Assembly (NCBI GenBank): GCA_018650285.1
Contig: JABIGF010000023.1
Location: 12,091-76,090, forward strand
Length of the DNA stretch: 64,000 bases
Source of the DNA: Methanobacteriota archaeon
Lineage (GTDB): Archaea > Thermoplasmatota > Poseidoniia > Poseidoniales > Thalassarchaeaceae
Direction: 5' to 3'
Shown: one piece after another, positions 53,028-62,536 of the stretch
Layout of the letters: the number at the start of each line of letters is the position of its first letter
How positions within the stretch are numbered: the stretch's first letter is position 1
Made by a program: the position numbers and the translations under genes
The notes under the pieces: model-generated
Database searches by the model: none
What the model saw: only the letters and a program-made list of their open reading frames with translations
Told to the model about the DNA's origin: nothing

Positions 53028-53834
53028 ATGCAGCCGAATGAAGTGTGGGGGGAGCGGTGGAATGCTAACCCAAATCCCTTGGCAAGAAGATGGATGGAAA
53101 CTGTAGTCAGCAAACAAAGTATGGTTGTCTTAGCGGCTGACCGTTACACCATGGCTAGCCTAACTCAATTACTTGAGGACGTTAGCCCGCATGTAGCAGC
53201 ACTCAAAACTCACGTTGACTTAGTTGAAGATTGGACTGCTGAGAGTTGGACTGAATTTTGTGAAAAGGCAAAAGATGCTGATATGCTAATATTTGAAGAT
53301 AGGAAACATGGTGATATTGGAAAAATTGCTAGAGACCAAATGGGTGGAGTATATGACTCTCGCTCTTGGGCTGATTTGATGACTGCTCACTTAATCTCTG
53401 GACCATCTGTTCTTGATGGAATGGCTGAAGGGTGGTCTAATGTGGGCCGTCACGGGGGGGTTCTCTTACTTGCTCAGATGAGTAGTGCTGGCAATCTTTT
53501 GGAAATACCAGGCTATACTGATGCTGTAGTTGAAGCGGGAAAAGAACACCCTGCATGTTTTGGGTTCATCGGCAATGGTTCACGAGCAAATGAATTAGCA
53601 GAATTACGACAAAAAGTGGGTGGAATCAAAATGATTTGGACGCCAGGAGTGAATCTAGTCACAGGAGATGCTGAACTTGGACAACGATATGGAGACCCCA
53701 CTGAAGCTGTCCTAGCAGGGTCTGATGGAATCATTGTAGGAAGTGGAATTCATCGTGCCGATAATCCAACAGAGGCTGCGAAATCCTATGCTGATGTTTC
53801 TTGGAAGGCTTTACTTCAACGTAGTGGTCTTTGA
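53028..53834 (+). CDS. pyrF: Orotidine 5'-phosphate decarboxylase
   Basis: VVLAADRY (substrate Asp), DRKHGDIGKI (the DxKxxDIG motif), LLAQMSS and GSGI near the C-terminus. The ORF track starts at GTG 53004. Confidence 0.85.
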   Translation: MQPNEVWGERWNANPNPLARRWMETVVSKQSMVVLAADRYTMASLTQLLEDVSPHVAALKTHVDLVEDWTAESWTEFCEKAKDADMLIFEDRKHGDIGKIARDQMGGVYDSRSWADLMTAHLISGPSVLDGMAEGWSNVGRHGGVLLLAQMSSAGNLLEIPGYTDAVVEAGKEHPACFGFIGNGSRANELAELRQKVGGIKMIWTPGVNLVTGDAELGQRYGDPTEAVLAGSDGIIVGSGIHRADNPTEAAKSYADVSWKALLQRSGL

Positions 53835-53873
53835 AGCGGAAGGTTGACAGTAAAGGCCACGTGTTGAATTTCT

Positions 53874-54170
53874 ATGAGTGAGGGCGACTTTGTGCTTTGG
53901 TTGGTCGCTGCTGCCATCACAATTTGTTTGGCAATTGTTGCTGGTTGGCAGGTTTGGATCCATAGTCAATTAGATGCGAGAATTGCTGCTTGTGACCCAG
54001 GATTACTCAGTAGTGTATCTCACAAAGTAGAGAGAACGACTGCTGCACCTGCTGGCTCGGTTGTTGTACCATACGTTCCAGTACAACTAGTTCCACTCAA
54101 TGCTTTGAATTCACCACAACAACAAATGCTTCCGTCACCACAACCAAAAATATTGAATGAATTAAATTAA
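53874..54170 (+). CDS. Small single-pass membrane protein, hypothetical
   Basis: N-terminal TM FVLWLVAAAITICLAIVAGW, then a Pro/Gln-rich tail. Confidence 0.4.
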   Translation: MSEGDFVLWLVAAAITICLAIVAGWQVWIHSQLDARIAACDPGLLSSVSHKVERTTAAPAGSVVVPYVPVQLVPLNALNSPQQQMLPSPQPKILNELN

Positions 54171-54814
54171 AGATAATTCATCTCTTTTAAGCCGTAAAAA
54201 ATTGCACCAGCGGCGCCAATAAACAATATTATTGCAAAAAATAGGAGACCTCTGCCCCGCTTTTTTCGTCTTGGAGGAGGGGCAAGAGCAGGTAATGCAC
54301 CTGGGGCAGGAGGTGGTGGAAGAGGAAGGTCGCCAAAATCTATTATTTCTTCAATTTCTACTTCACTACCAACATCTGGATAAAGAGTATCTAAGTCTTC
54401 TAATCCCGGGGCTTCGGGTATTGGGCCAAGAATTGAATCCCATTGTTCATCGACGGCTGAATTACTTACGGGCTTCTCAAGGATGGCCACAGCACCTGCA
54501 CTAAATGCTGCATCTTTTGCCAATCCAAGTTTGTTACGTGGTGTGGTAAAAATTATTCTTGTTTCATTGCGTGATTCCCGCATTTCTAAGGCAGCCACGT
54601 GGCCATCTAAACCGGGTATATCAAGTGAAATAACCACTATATCGGGCTTTTCAGAAATGAAAATATCAACAGCTTTGTCGCCGTCTTTACATTCAATAAC
54701 ACGATAATCACGTTGGCGTAATACCTCGTGCATTCGGTAAATTGCCATTTCATTATTATCTACAAGAAGGGCTAGTGGTGCTTCATCACTAGTGACCTCT
54801 GTTACACGTACCAT
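54167..54814 (-). CDS. Stand-alone response-regulator receiver (CheY-like) domain with a Pro-rich linker and a C-terminal TM tail anchor
   Basis: LLVDNNE (acidic pocket with DN instead of DD), phospho-acceptor region IVVISLDIPGLDG, IIFTT and LEKP (conserved Lys). Then PLPPPPAPGALPALAPPPRRKKRGRG-LLFFAIILFIGAAGAIFYGL. ATG 54814 is preceded by GGGGGGAG. Confidence 0.7.
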   Translation of the reverse strand: MVRVTEVTSDEAPLALLVDNNEMAIYRMHEVLRQRDYRVIECKDGDKAVDIFISEKPDIVVISLDIPGLDGHVAALEMRESRNETRIIFTTPRNKLGLAKDAAFSAGAVAILEKPVSNSAVDEQWDSILGPIPEAPGLEDLDTLYPDVGSEVEIEEIIDFGDLPLPPPPAPGALPALAPPPRRKKRGRGLLFFAIILFIGAAGAIFYGLKEMNYL

Positions 54815-54866
54815 TGGCTCCCCCCCCTCTATCGCCACAATTGTTTCGCACATCAAGGAAACGGTT

Positions 54867-55268
54867 TCACTCCTCTTCGGAATTTTGGTTATCTGTCAAC
54901 ACTTCTGCTGGCGCTTGTGACGGTTCTGTGAAAGTCTTCTTCAATTCTTCTGATGCGTCTTCTTCTGCTTGTTTTTCTGCAATATCGCGCGGTGCTTGAA
55001 CAAACATCATGCGCATTTCTGTGACAATTCCTTGAAGAAGTTTTGATTCTATTTCGTCTAAATTGCCTTCAGTACGCTTTTGTAATACTGCAATTAAATC
55101 AATCGCCGCTTTTGCTTCAGCGATGTTTACTACGTGTTTCCCTTCATGGTCTGGCATTTTACCTAAAGCCACTAAACTAGAACGCTGTAACATCTGAATC
55201 AAACCAAAAAATTGTTGACTTTCTTCGCTTTGTAAAAAATCTCCTGCCATCTTTAACACCTTTTTCAT
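54867..55268 (-). CDS. DUF1844-like protein
   Basis: FFGLIQMLQRSSLVALGKMPDHEGKHVVNIAEAKAAIDLIAVLQKRTEGNLDEIESKLLQGIVTEMRMMFV fits the DUF1844 pattern (...LG..P.P.tG....nLe.Ak..IDlL..Lq.KTkGNL...E..lL...L..LR..yv). Its start overlaps the ftsY stop (ATGA). Confidence 0.55.
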   Translation of the reverse strand: MKKVLKMAGDFLQSEESQQFFGLIQMLQRSSLVALGKMPDHEGKHVVNIAEAKAAIDLIAVLQKRTEGNLDEIESKLLQGIVTEMRMMFVQAPRDIAEKQAEEDASEELKKTFTEPSQAPAEVLTDNQNSEEE

Positions 55269-56680
55269 GTGAATATTTCTTCTATTAACCAATCTGGATC
55301 AAATTGTTTCAAATCTTCATAATTTTGACCAACCCCTGCCAAAACAATTGGTCGGCTAGTTGCGTGTGCGATAGAAAGGGCCGCGCCTCCTTTAGCGTCG
55401 GTATCTAATTTGCAAAGCACTGCGCCGTCAAATTTCAGCATTTTTTGGAATTCTTTTGCTTGTTCAACTGCATCATTACCAGCCAAAGCATCACCTACGA
55501 ACAATACTAGGTGTGGATTTGTTACGCGATGCACTTTACGAAGTTCTTCCATTAGATTTGATTTATTTTGCATACGTCCAGCGGTATCAACAATGACTAC
55601 TTCCATTTTTCTTGCTTTAGCGTGTTCAATCGCGTCACGGGCTATAGCGGCCGCATCACCACCGCGTTGACTACTGATACAACGAATGTCAAGACGCTTT
55701 GCGTGAGTTTCCAACTGGTCTATCGCCCCTGCTCTAAAGGTATCAGACGCGGCCAAAACAACTCTTCTGCCTTTGTTTTTCAAACGATGAGCTATTTTTG
55801 CAGTTGTTGTTGTTTTACCTGTTCCATTAACTCCAACCATCATAATTACTACTGGTAAATCGCCTGCCGCAAGTAATGAATCTACTGTCGCATCAAAATC
55901 CCAATATCCTGCATGGAGAAGAGTACGGAGCGCTCTTTTTAGAGACGCTTCGATGACTTTTGAAAGGTCGGCTCCCTTTCTTAATCGGCTGCCAATTAAT
56001 TCGTTTCTCAAAGCAGCGATTACTTCAACGATTGAAGCGTGGCCCATGTCTGATTCCAATAGAACTAATTCAAGTTCGTCGAGCATTATATTCAATGCTT
56101 CGCCACCCTTGATAATTTTTCCACCACTTTCGACCACGCCTCCGCCAAGATCTATTTCGAGAGTTTTTCCTGTATCAGTTTCTACAGAAGTTGGGCCAGT
56201 TGAACCGCGCGGTGCATTCTTGACTTCTACAAGTTTTCTTCCAGTAGTTGAACGCATAACATGTAAGTCAACACGTGAACCATCTGGGCGTAATTCTTGG
56301 TCAATATCGTAACCTTGCTTTTTCAATCTTTTACGCTCTTTTTTCGCTTCTTTGGCTGCTTTTTCCAGACGTTTTCGTTCTTTTTTATCAATTGATGGTG
56401 AAATTGGTTCTGCTATTGGGTCGTCGTCCCAATCATCCCATTCTTCTTCTTCTTGAATTGGTGAAATCGCATCTAATTCCTCAACAGATTCCCATTCATC
56501 TTCTGTGCTTGGGGCTGTTGTAATCATATCAACAGGCGCTGCTTGTTGCTGAAGATGTTGTTCTCTTTTTGCAAGTGCTTCTTGTGCCTCATCTGAATCT
56601 TCTTCTACAGTTAATGAATCGAGGTCGGTTTCCTCGGCGACTTCCTTTACGCGTTTTTTGAAACGGTCAAAGAAGCCCAC
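55265..56680 (-). CDS. ftsY: Signal recognition particle receptor FtsY
   Basis: Acidic/basic N-terminal A-domain, then the NG domain: VIMMVGVNGTGKTTT, DTFRAGA, IVDTAGR, LCKLDTDAKGG. Confidence 0.95.
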   Translation of the reverse strand: MGFFDRFKKRVKEVAEETDLDSLTVEEDSDEAQEALAKREQHLQQQAAPVDMITTAPSTEDEWESVEELDAISPIQEEEEWDDWDDDPIAEPISPSIDKKERKRLEKAAKEAKKERKRLKKQGYDIDQELRPDGSRVDLHVMRSTTGRKLVEVKNAPRGSTGPTSVETDTGKTLEIDLGGGVVESGGKIIKGGEALNIMLDELELVLLESDMGHASIVEVIAALRNELIGSRLRKGADLSKVIEASLKRALRTLLHAGYWDFDATVDSLLAAGDLPVVIMMVGVNGTGKTTTTAKIAHRLKNKGRRVVLAASDTFRAGAIDQLETHAKRLDIRCISSQRGGDAAAIARDAIEHAKARKMEVVIVDTAGRMQNKSNLMEELRKVHRVTNPHLVLFVGDALAGNDAVEQAKEFQKMLKFDGAVLCKLDTDAKGGAALSIAHATSRPIVLAGVGQNYEDLKQFDPDWLIEEIFT

Positions 56681-56689
56681 ATAATCACC

Positions 56690-57211
56690 TCAATCATCTA
56701 ATGTTAATTCACCAGAAAGGCTTCTTCGACGGCGTTTTTCCGGTTGTTTTGTTTCGTCTGATTCCTGTTTGGTTTCATTTGGAGGGGTGTTTTCAGCCTC
56801 TTCTAATGCTTCGGCTTGTGTTGTGAATTGAGATGCTAATTCTTTCACCTTCTCTTCGATATTATTGAATTCAGATTGAAGAGTTGAAATGAGTTCTTCA
56901 ATATTTGACACGCGTTGCATCAATATTTCAACCGCTTCACTTACGCTACGTTCTGCTTGAATACCGCTACCAATATCAATAACCACACCAGGGTTCTCTG
57001 GCTGGTCTACAACAAGTTGGGCGCCTGAACCCAAAGGAATCATTACTCTTTGAGAAGATTCGTTATCTAACGATTTGAGTGCCACGATGACGTCACGGTG
57101 TTCCTCTGATGCGTGATTCAACCGTTCTATTTGTTCACCAAGAGAGGTGAGGTGTTGTCGGTTCATCTCAACTAATCGTGCTATTCTTTGCAATTCAACA
57201 GCGTCGCCCAT
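56690..57211 (-). CDS. pfdA: Prefoldin alpha subunit with an extended acidic/basic tail
   Basis: Coiled coil - beta hairpins (VMIPLGSGAQLVV ... VVIDIGSGIQAERS) - coiled coil. It sits immediately upstream of ftsY, as in many archaea. Confidence 0.75.
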   Translation of the reverse strand: MGDAVELQRIARLVEMNRQHLTSLGEQIERLNHASEEHRDVIVALKSLDNESSQRVMIPLGSGAQLVVDQPENPGVVIDIGSGIQAERSVSEAVEILMQRVSNIEELISTLQSEFNNIEEKVKELASQFTTQAEALEEAENTPPNETKQESDETKQPEKRRRRSLSGELTLDD

Positions 57212-57346
57212 GACCCTCCCTCAACCATATCGGCGCGCTCAAGGCTCAAGAAGGCGTCGCCATAGAATTAATGAATAATTGATGATATTAATTAGGGGTT
57301 ATCTCCATAACTAAAACCGAAACTCCGATAATTGGAGAGTGGTTAC

Positions 57347-58342
57347 ATGCGTATAGAGGGAAGTCGCGTCCTAGTAACGGGTGGTACTGGTTCAATCGGT
57401 TCTGAAATTGTACGGCAATTGTTACAGCGATCTCCTGCACATATAGTCATATTTTCTCGCGACGACTCAAAACATTTCTATTTCCAACAAGAATTATCAC
57501 AATATGAAAATATCACTTTTGTTATTGGAAATGTGCGCGATAGGGAAGCTTTGTCTAGAGCGTTTGTGGGTGGAATTGATATTGTAATTCACGCTGCTGC
57601 ATTGAAACATGTGTTGATTTGTGAACAAAATCCTACAGAAGCGGTCAAAACAAATATTCTAGGTACACAAAATGTAGTAGATATGGCAAAGCAACATGGT
57701 GCCGAAGTAATGATGAGTATTTCTACTGATAAAGCGGTTGCACCTACATCTACAATGGGTGCGACAAAATATGTTGCTGAAAAATTGACAATTGATGGCA
57801 ACTTAACTGGCACAACAAAATGTGCTTGTGTACGCTTTGGCAATGTTCTTGGAAGCCGGGGCTCTGTTATCCCAGCAATGGTAAAAGGTATTCGAGAACG
57901 GGGTGCTATTTGGATATCTGATGAAGATGTAACACGCTTTGCAATGCCTATTCCGGATGCTGCAACATTAGTATTGGATGCTGTCGATATTTGTTCGGGT
58001 GGAGAAATATTTGTCTTGAAAATGAAAGCTTTTAGCCTAAAGCAACTTCTCTCGGTTATGTCTAATATGCCATTTGCATTGAATGGTTTTGATATTGAAA
58101 AGCGTGGGCTTGTACGTGCTGAAAAATTACATGAAGACTTAGTTACTACTGATGAAGTTGCTCGGCTTTGGGAATCAAAATCACATTATATTGTCGCCCC
58201 GCCTGTTGGTAATTGGGAACCCACTTCTGATCTAGCAAAAGTAACTTTAACAGAATATAATTCTAGTACGGGACTTGAATTTACAAATGAAGAACTATCC
58301 AAGCATATCGAAGAATGTGTCGTTGCACTTGGTCTTGATTGA
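57347..58342 (+). CDS. CapD/PseB/FlaA1-like nucleotide-sugar 4,6-dehydratase (Polysacc_synt_2 family)
   Basis: VLVTGGTGSIGSEIVRQLL, IHAAALKHV and ISTDKAVAPTSTMGATKYVAEKL (STDKA...YGATK signature). The ORF track starts at 57332. Confidence 0.75.
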   Translation: MRIEGSRVLVTGGTGSIGSEIVRQLLQRSPAHIVIFSRDDSKHFYFQQELSQYENITFVIGNVRDREALSRAFVGGIDIVIHAAALKHVLICEQNPTEAVKTNILGTQNVVDMAKQHGAEVMMSISTDKAVAPTSTMGATKYVAEKLTIDGNLTGTTKCACVRFGNVLGSRGSVIPAMVKGIRERGAIWISDEDVTRFAMPIPDAATLVLDAVDICSGGEIFVLKMKAFSLKQLLSVMSNMPFALNGFDIEKRGLVRAEKLHEDLVTTDEVARLWESKSHYIVAPPVGNWEPTSDLAKVTLTEYNSSTGLEFTNEELSKHIEECVVALGLD

Positions 58343-58351
58343 TGTGAGATT

Positions 58352-59182
58352 ATGATTGGTGTTACCGGTGCAACCGGATTTATAGGCACTCAATTAATGA
58401 CTAAATTAGGAAGTGAAGGAATCGCTATTGATTTACGGAATCAAAATTGTGATGATATTGCAAATCTATTGAAAAATAGGCGTTGTAATACTATTATCCA
58501 CCTAGCAAATCCACCTCCTTCAAATGATGTAAATGAACAAGATAGGATAAAACAAGAATCTTCTGATTTGGCAGAAAAATTAATTCAAATAGCAGACTTA
58601 ATTGAAAATGTGAATTTTATTGTACTATCATCTATCAGAGTATACCCAAACGGTATTGATTCTTTTACAATTAATTCTGAAATCGGGCCAATAGATGGTT
58701 ATGGCCAAGGTAAAGTAGAGATGGAAAAGAAGTTTGTGAATTCAAAATATAACTCTGTAATTTTAAGGTGTTCAAGTGTACAAGGTGTTGGTTTAGATGG
58801 GTCTCCGCGCGGATTGATTGGTGCGTTTGCTCAACAATCAGCTAACCGCTTATTGAAAATAATGGGCGAGGGGGGGGCAATCAAAGATTGTCTTCATATT
58901 GATGATTTGGTTAATCTTCTGTTATGTTTACTTGAAATTATACCAATTAATGAAAATGTCATCCTACCAGTGGGTGGGGGGTCGCCCAGATGTGTGTTAG
59001 ATATTGCAAAAATTGTAATGGAAAAAACTGAATCTGAAATTGTTCATGTTGAACCGGCTCAATTTGAACTGTCAGGTTGGGTAGACAATAATGACTTGAA
59101 ATTGATTGTTGATTGGGAACCGGTGTGGGCTATTGATGAGATGATTGACGAATCGCTTGATGCTGTAAGAGGTGCTACTTGA
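58352..59182 (+). CDS. NAD(P)-dependent sugar epimerase/reductase (short extended SDR, RmlD/GalE-like)
   Basis: MIGVTGATGFIGTQL Rossmann motif and YGQGK (YxxxK). 276 aa. Its stop overlaps the next start (TGATG). Confidence 0.65.
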   Translation: MIGVTGATGFIGTQLMTKLGSEGIAIDLRNQNCDDIANLLKNRRCNTIIHLANPPPSNDVNEQDRIKQESSDLAEKLIQIADLIENVNFIVLSSIRVYPNGIDSFTINSEIGPIDGYGQGKVEMEKKFVNSKYNSVILRCSSVQGVGLDGSPRGLIGAFAQQSANRLLKIMGEGGAIKDCLHIDDLVNLLLCLLEIIPINENVILPVGGGSPRCVLDIAKIVMEKTESEIVHVEPAQFELSGWVDNNDLKLIVDWEPVWAIDEMIDESLDAVRGAT

Positions 59183-61311
59183 TGGTGGGTGCAAGAAATT
59201 CAACAACCATCATCCATTTATTGAAAGAAAAAGACGGACAAGTGGTTTCTGCAATTAGAGAATATGAGCAAAAATTTGGCATCGGGCCAATATGGGTTGT
59301 AAGGGTCCCTGCAAGACTTTGTTTAGCTGCTGACCACACCGATTACTGGCTCGGATTTACTCCCGAATTGATCACAATGGCTAGTGATTCGCAATCAATG
59401 ATTGCAATTATTGGGCCTAGGGATGACGAACTTGTCTCTTGTCACTCAAATAATACAAAATTTCAACCGTGGGATTTTGATATTTCAGAAAATGTACCTG
59501 AAACTAATGATTGGTTATCTTGGTTAAAAAATAATGGTAGTAAAGATTCTCATTGGTCGAATTACATTATTGGTTCTATCAAATATTGTCAAATGTTTGA
59601 AAATATAAATTGTGGATTTAATATTTCAATTTCATCAACAATACCTCCTGCCTCTGGCGCTTCTTCTTCCTCGGCTCTAGCTACGTGTGGAATGTTTGCA
59701 ATTAGATTGGCAAATTCTTTGCCTATTGACGCTTTAAAAATGGCACAGAATACAGCAGAAGCAGAATGGTTTTGTGGTACGCGTGGGGGTATGATGGATC
59801 ATGCAACAATGATGTTTGGGGAAAAAAATGCAGCACTAAAACTGACTTTCAATCCCTTTACAAACGAAATTATTCCTTTACCAAAAGAAATCGCAAATGG
59901 AAAATTCACCATGTTATACACCCACCCTTCAGAAAAGGGTGGAGAAATTTTGATGGCTTTCAATGAACTTTCATTTGTTGCTAGAGAAATTGTTCCGAGA
60001 TTATTGCCGAATCAATGGAATGAAAATTGGACCCATGAATTAGAAAAACTGCCAAACATAATGTCAAAAGAGGATGTAAGAAATACTTGGCCAAATGAAT
60101 TTCAATCTTTTCAAAAATTGTATCCGGCTCTTTTTGAATCAGATTTCAAAATTAGAATTGCTGATAGATTTCAGTTTGCTATGAAAGAATTTGAAAGAAG
60201 TAAATTAATGCAAAATTGTTTGCAAAACGAAAATTGTACTATCCAAGATATTGGAAATATAATGAATAAAGCATGGGTTGATGCGGGTGAATTGTATGGC
60301 ATTAGAACAGAATTGATGGATTCGTTTGCTATGCAAGCAAAAGATATTCCTGGTGTGTTTGGAATCAAAGTTATGGGGGCTGGTTTTGGTGGGAATTTAT
60401 TGATTCTTAGTGAAAGAGGTTCTGATCTCAGTTCACTTGGAAAAGAACGTTTGTTAGATTGTTCTGCTGGTGATGCGGCAACCATTCTTGATGTTGAAGC
60501 GTTGATGCCAATTAATGAGAAAATGCCACCACTTGCTGCGGTTTTGCTTTGCGGTGGAAAGGGGACTAGAATGTTAGACCAGGGTATCGATACCCACAAA
60601 CCGTTGTTAAAATTAAATGGTGTACCATCAACTAAATTGGTAGTAAGTCAATTACTTGATTCTGATTTAGATTTCTCTCAAATAATTATTGTAATTCCAC
60701 CAGAAAGAAAAAATGAATATGTTGATGCGTTGGATGGCTTGGATGTGAAAATTGTAATTCAACATAATGCATTAGGCACGGGGAATGCTGTATATTGTGC
60801 ACTCGATGAACTATTGTCGCCAATTGAACAAATTTATGTCTCCTTTGGAACTCAACCACTTGTCAGAAGTAAAACCATCGTTTCTTCATTAGCCTACCAT
60901 CAATCAAAGGGTGTTGGATTTACTCTACCCACTACTTTGCGTGAAAATCCCTATGCGCCATTGCTGCGCGATGCAAACGGGGTGGTAATTGGTTCAATTG
61001 AAACCCATCTAGATGGTGTCGAAATGCCTGCATTTGGGGAAACTAATGTTGGGGGATATTGGGTGAGTAGGGTGGCACTTGAGAAAGTTCTTTCCAACCT
61101 ACATGCAAAACTCTTTGATGAAGAAAATAATGTCTACAAAACAAATTCTGGAGAATTGGGTTTTCCTAACGAGATGACAAAGGGGTGTCTTGAAATGAAG
61201 TTGGGGGTAGAAGGTATTGCCATCGCCGACCCCGAAGAGGTCGTTGGTCTCAAAACCCCCGAACACATCGGAGAGATTGAACGGTGGCTAAACAAACCGT
61301 GGCGGAGATGA
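59182..61311 (+). CDS. Bifunctional fusion: N-terminal GHMP sugar-1-kinase (galactokinase-like) + C-terminal sugar-1-phosphate nucleotidyltransferase
   Basis: N-terminal half: VVRVPARLCLAADHTDYW (galactokinase signature GR.NLIGEHTDY-like), GHMP motif PPASGASSSSALA and KVMGAGFGGNLLIL. C-terminal half: AAVLLCGGKGTRM...HKPLLKLNG and LGTGNAV (NTP_transferase). Confidence 0.75.
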   Translation: MVGARNSTTIIHLLKEKDGQVVSAIREYEQKFGIGPIWVVRVPARLCLAADHTDYWLGFTPELITMASDSQSMIAIIGPRDDELVSCHSNNTKFQPWDFDISENVPETNDWLSWLKNNGSKDSHWSNYIIGSIKYCQMFENINCGFNISISSTIPPASGASSSSALATCGMFAIRLANSLPIDALKMAQNTAEAEWFCGTRGGMMDHATMMFGEKNAALKLTFNPFTNEIIPLPKEIANGKFTMLYTHPSEKGGEILMAFNELSFVAREIVPRLLPNQWNENWTHELEKLPNIMSKEDVRNTWPNEFQSFQKLYPALFESDFKIRIADRFQFAMKEFERSKLMQNCLQNENCTIQDIGNIMNKAWVDAGELYGIRTELMDSFAMQAKDIPGVFGIKVMGAGFGGNLLILSERGSDLSSLGKERLLDCSAGDAATILDVEALMPINEKMPPLAAVLLCGGKGTRMLDQGIDTHKPLLKLNGVPSTKLVVSQLLDSDLDFSQIIIVIPPERKNEYVDALDGLDVKIVIQHNALGTGNAVYCALDELLSPIEQIYVSFGTQPLVRSKTIVSSLAYHQSKGVGFTLPTTLRENPYAPLLRDANGVVIGSIETHLDGVEMPAFGETNVGGYWVSRVALEKVLSNLHAKLFDEENNVYKTNSGELGFPNEMTKGCLEMKLGVEGIAIADPEEVVGLKTPEHIGEIERWLNKPWRR

Positions 61312-61315
61312 TTGA

Positions 61316-62536
61316 GTGGTTGTACTTCTTTATCTCACAGATAGGTGGCCGTTTCACCCAGGTGAATCATTTTTAACACGTGAAATTCGAGACTTGGCTC
61401 CTCATTTTGAAAAGATTTTGCTATTACCACTAGCTGAAAATATTGATAGAGAACGCCCACCTAGAAAATACCCAGAAAACGTAGAAGTTTTGACTAAATT
61501 AAGAGATGAAATATGGGGGATATGGGGCACAAGGGGTTCAATTTCAAGATTAATGGGGGGTCTTTCTAGGCCTCTGGTTTGTACTAAAGAAAGTTTAATT
61601 TCTAAACCTTTCAAACCACGGAATATTATTGGTGAAGTTGCTCAAGTAAAATTGATCTGTGACCAAATAATGAAAAATGTTGATATGAAAAATGTTGATG
61701 CTTGTGCCTCTTTTTGGTTGAATCGGGGTGCTTCTGTTTGTGCAGAGTTGAAGCGGCGTAATCAACACCTTGTTGCTTTCTCGCGGGGGCATGGTGGAGA
61801 TATTTATTCTGAAAGGCAAAATATGAAACACTTGCCACTTCAATCTACAACTCTAAAAAATCTTGATGGTATTCTTCCCGATTCTGAAGCGGGTGTTGAT
61901 TACCTCGTCAATAAATTTCCCTCGAAAAAAGATAATATTTTTGTGGGAAGATTGGGGGTTGATAATGGAGATGTTGTTGAAGGTTCAACAGATGGGATGC
62001 TGAGGTTGCTTTCTGTTTCTACATTGGTACCAGTGAAGCGTGTGCACTTGATTCCAGATGGTTTGAAAATGTGTACAAGAAAAGTAATTTGGACACATAT
62101 CGGTGGAGGAGAATGTCTCGATATCGTGAAACAAAGTATGGTGGGGTTGGATAATAATGTTGAAATTAATCTCTTGGGGCAATTACCTCACCAAGATGTA
62201 TTAGAATATTATCAAAATAATCCCATTGATTTATTTATCAATGTTTCAAGTAGTGAAGGTTTGCCAGTCAGTATTATGGAAGCGTTTGCAAACGGAATAC
62301 CAGTGATTGCAACATCTGTAGGAGGATGCCCAGAAATTGTAACTAATGATTGTGGATTTATATTACAACCAAATTTTTCAGCCATTGAATTGGCTAAAAT
62401 CATTGATGAATATGATCTTGATTCTTCAAAAATGAGAACTGCTGCTTTAGAAAAACAACGAAATGAATATTCTTCAAAGAAAAATCAAGCAGCATTCGCA
62501 AAGACTATCATTGCAAAAATTAACCAAAAAAGATGA
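61316..62536 (+). CDS. Glycosyltransferase, GT-B fold (GT4-like)
   Basis: C-terminal EX7E-type region SSSEGLPVSIMEAFANGIPVIATSVGGCPEIV. GTG start. Confidence 0.75.
   Translation: MVVLLYLTDRWPFHPGESFLTREIRDLAPHFEKILLLPLAENIDRERPPRKYPENVEVLTKLRDEIWGIWGTRGSISRLMGGLSRPLVCTKESLISKPFKPRNIIGEVAQVKLICDQIMKNVDMKNVDACASFWLNRGASVCAELKRRNQHLVAFSRGHGGDIYSERQNMKHLPLQSTTLKNLDGILPDSEAGVDYLVNKFPSKKDNIFVGRLGVDNGDVVEGSTDGMLRLLSVSTLVPVKRVHLIPDGLKMCTRKVIWTHIGGGECLDIVKQSMVGLDNNVEINLLGQLPHQDVLEYYQNNPIDLFINVSSSEGLPVSIMEAFANGIPVIATSVGGCPEIVTNDCGFILQPNFSAIELAKIIDEYDLDSSKMRTAALEKQRNEYSSKKNQAAFAKTIIAKINQKR

Noticed and set aside
57280-57331. TGATGA (C-box-like) in the pfdA / dehydratase intergenic region, as a possible C/D-box sRNA
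   Set aside because: No CTGA D box and no C'/D' pair occur at an appropriate distance. The region is better explained as an AT-rich divergent promoter.
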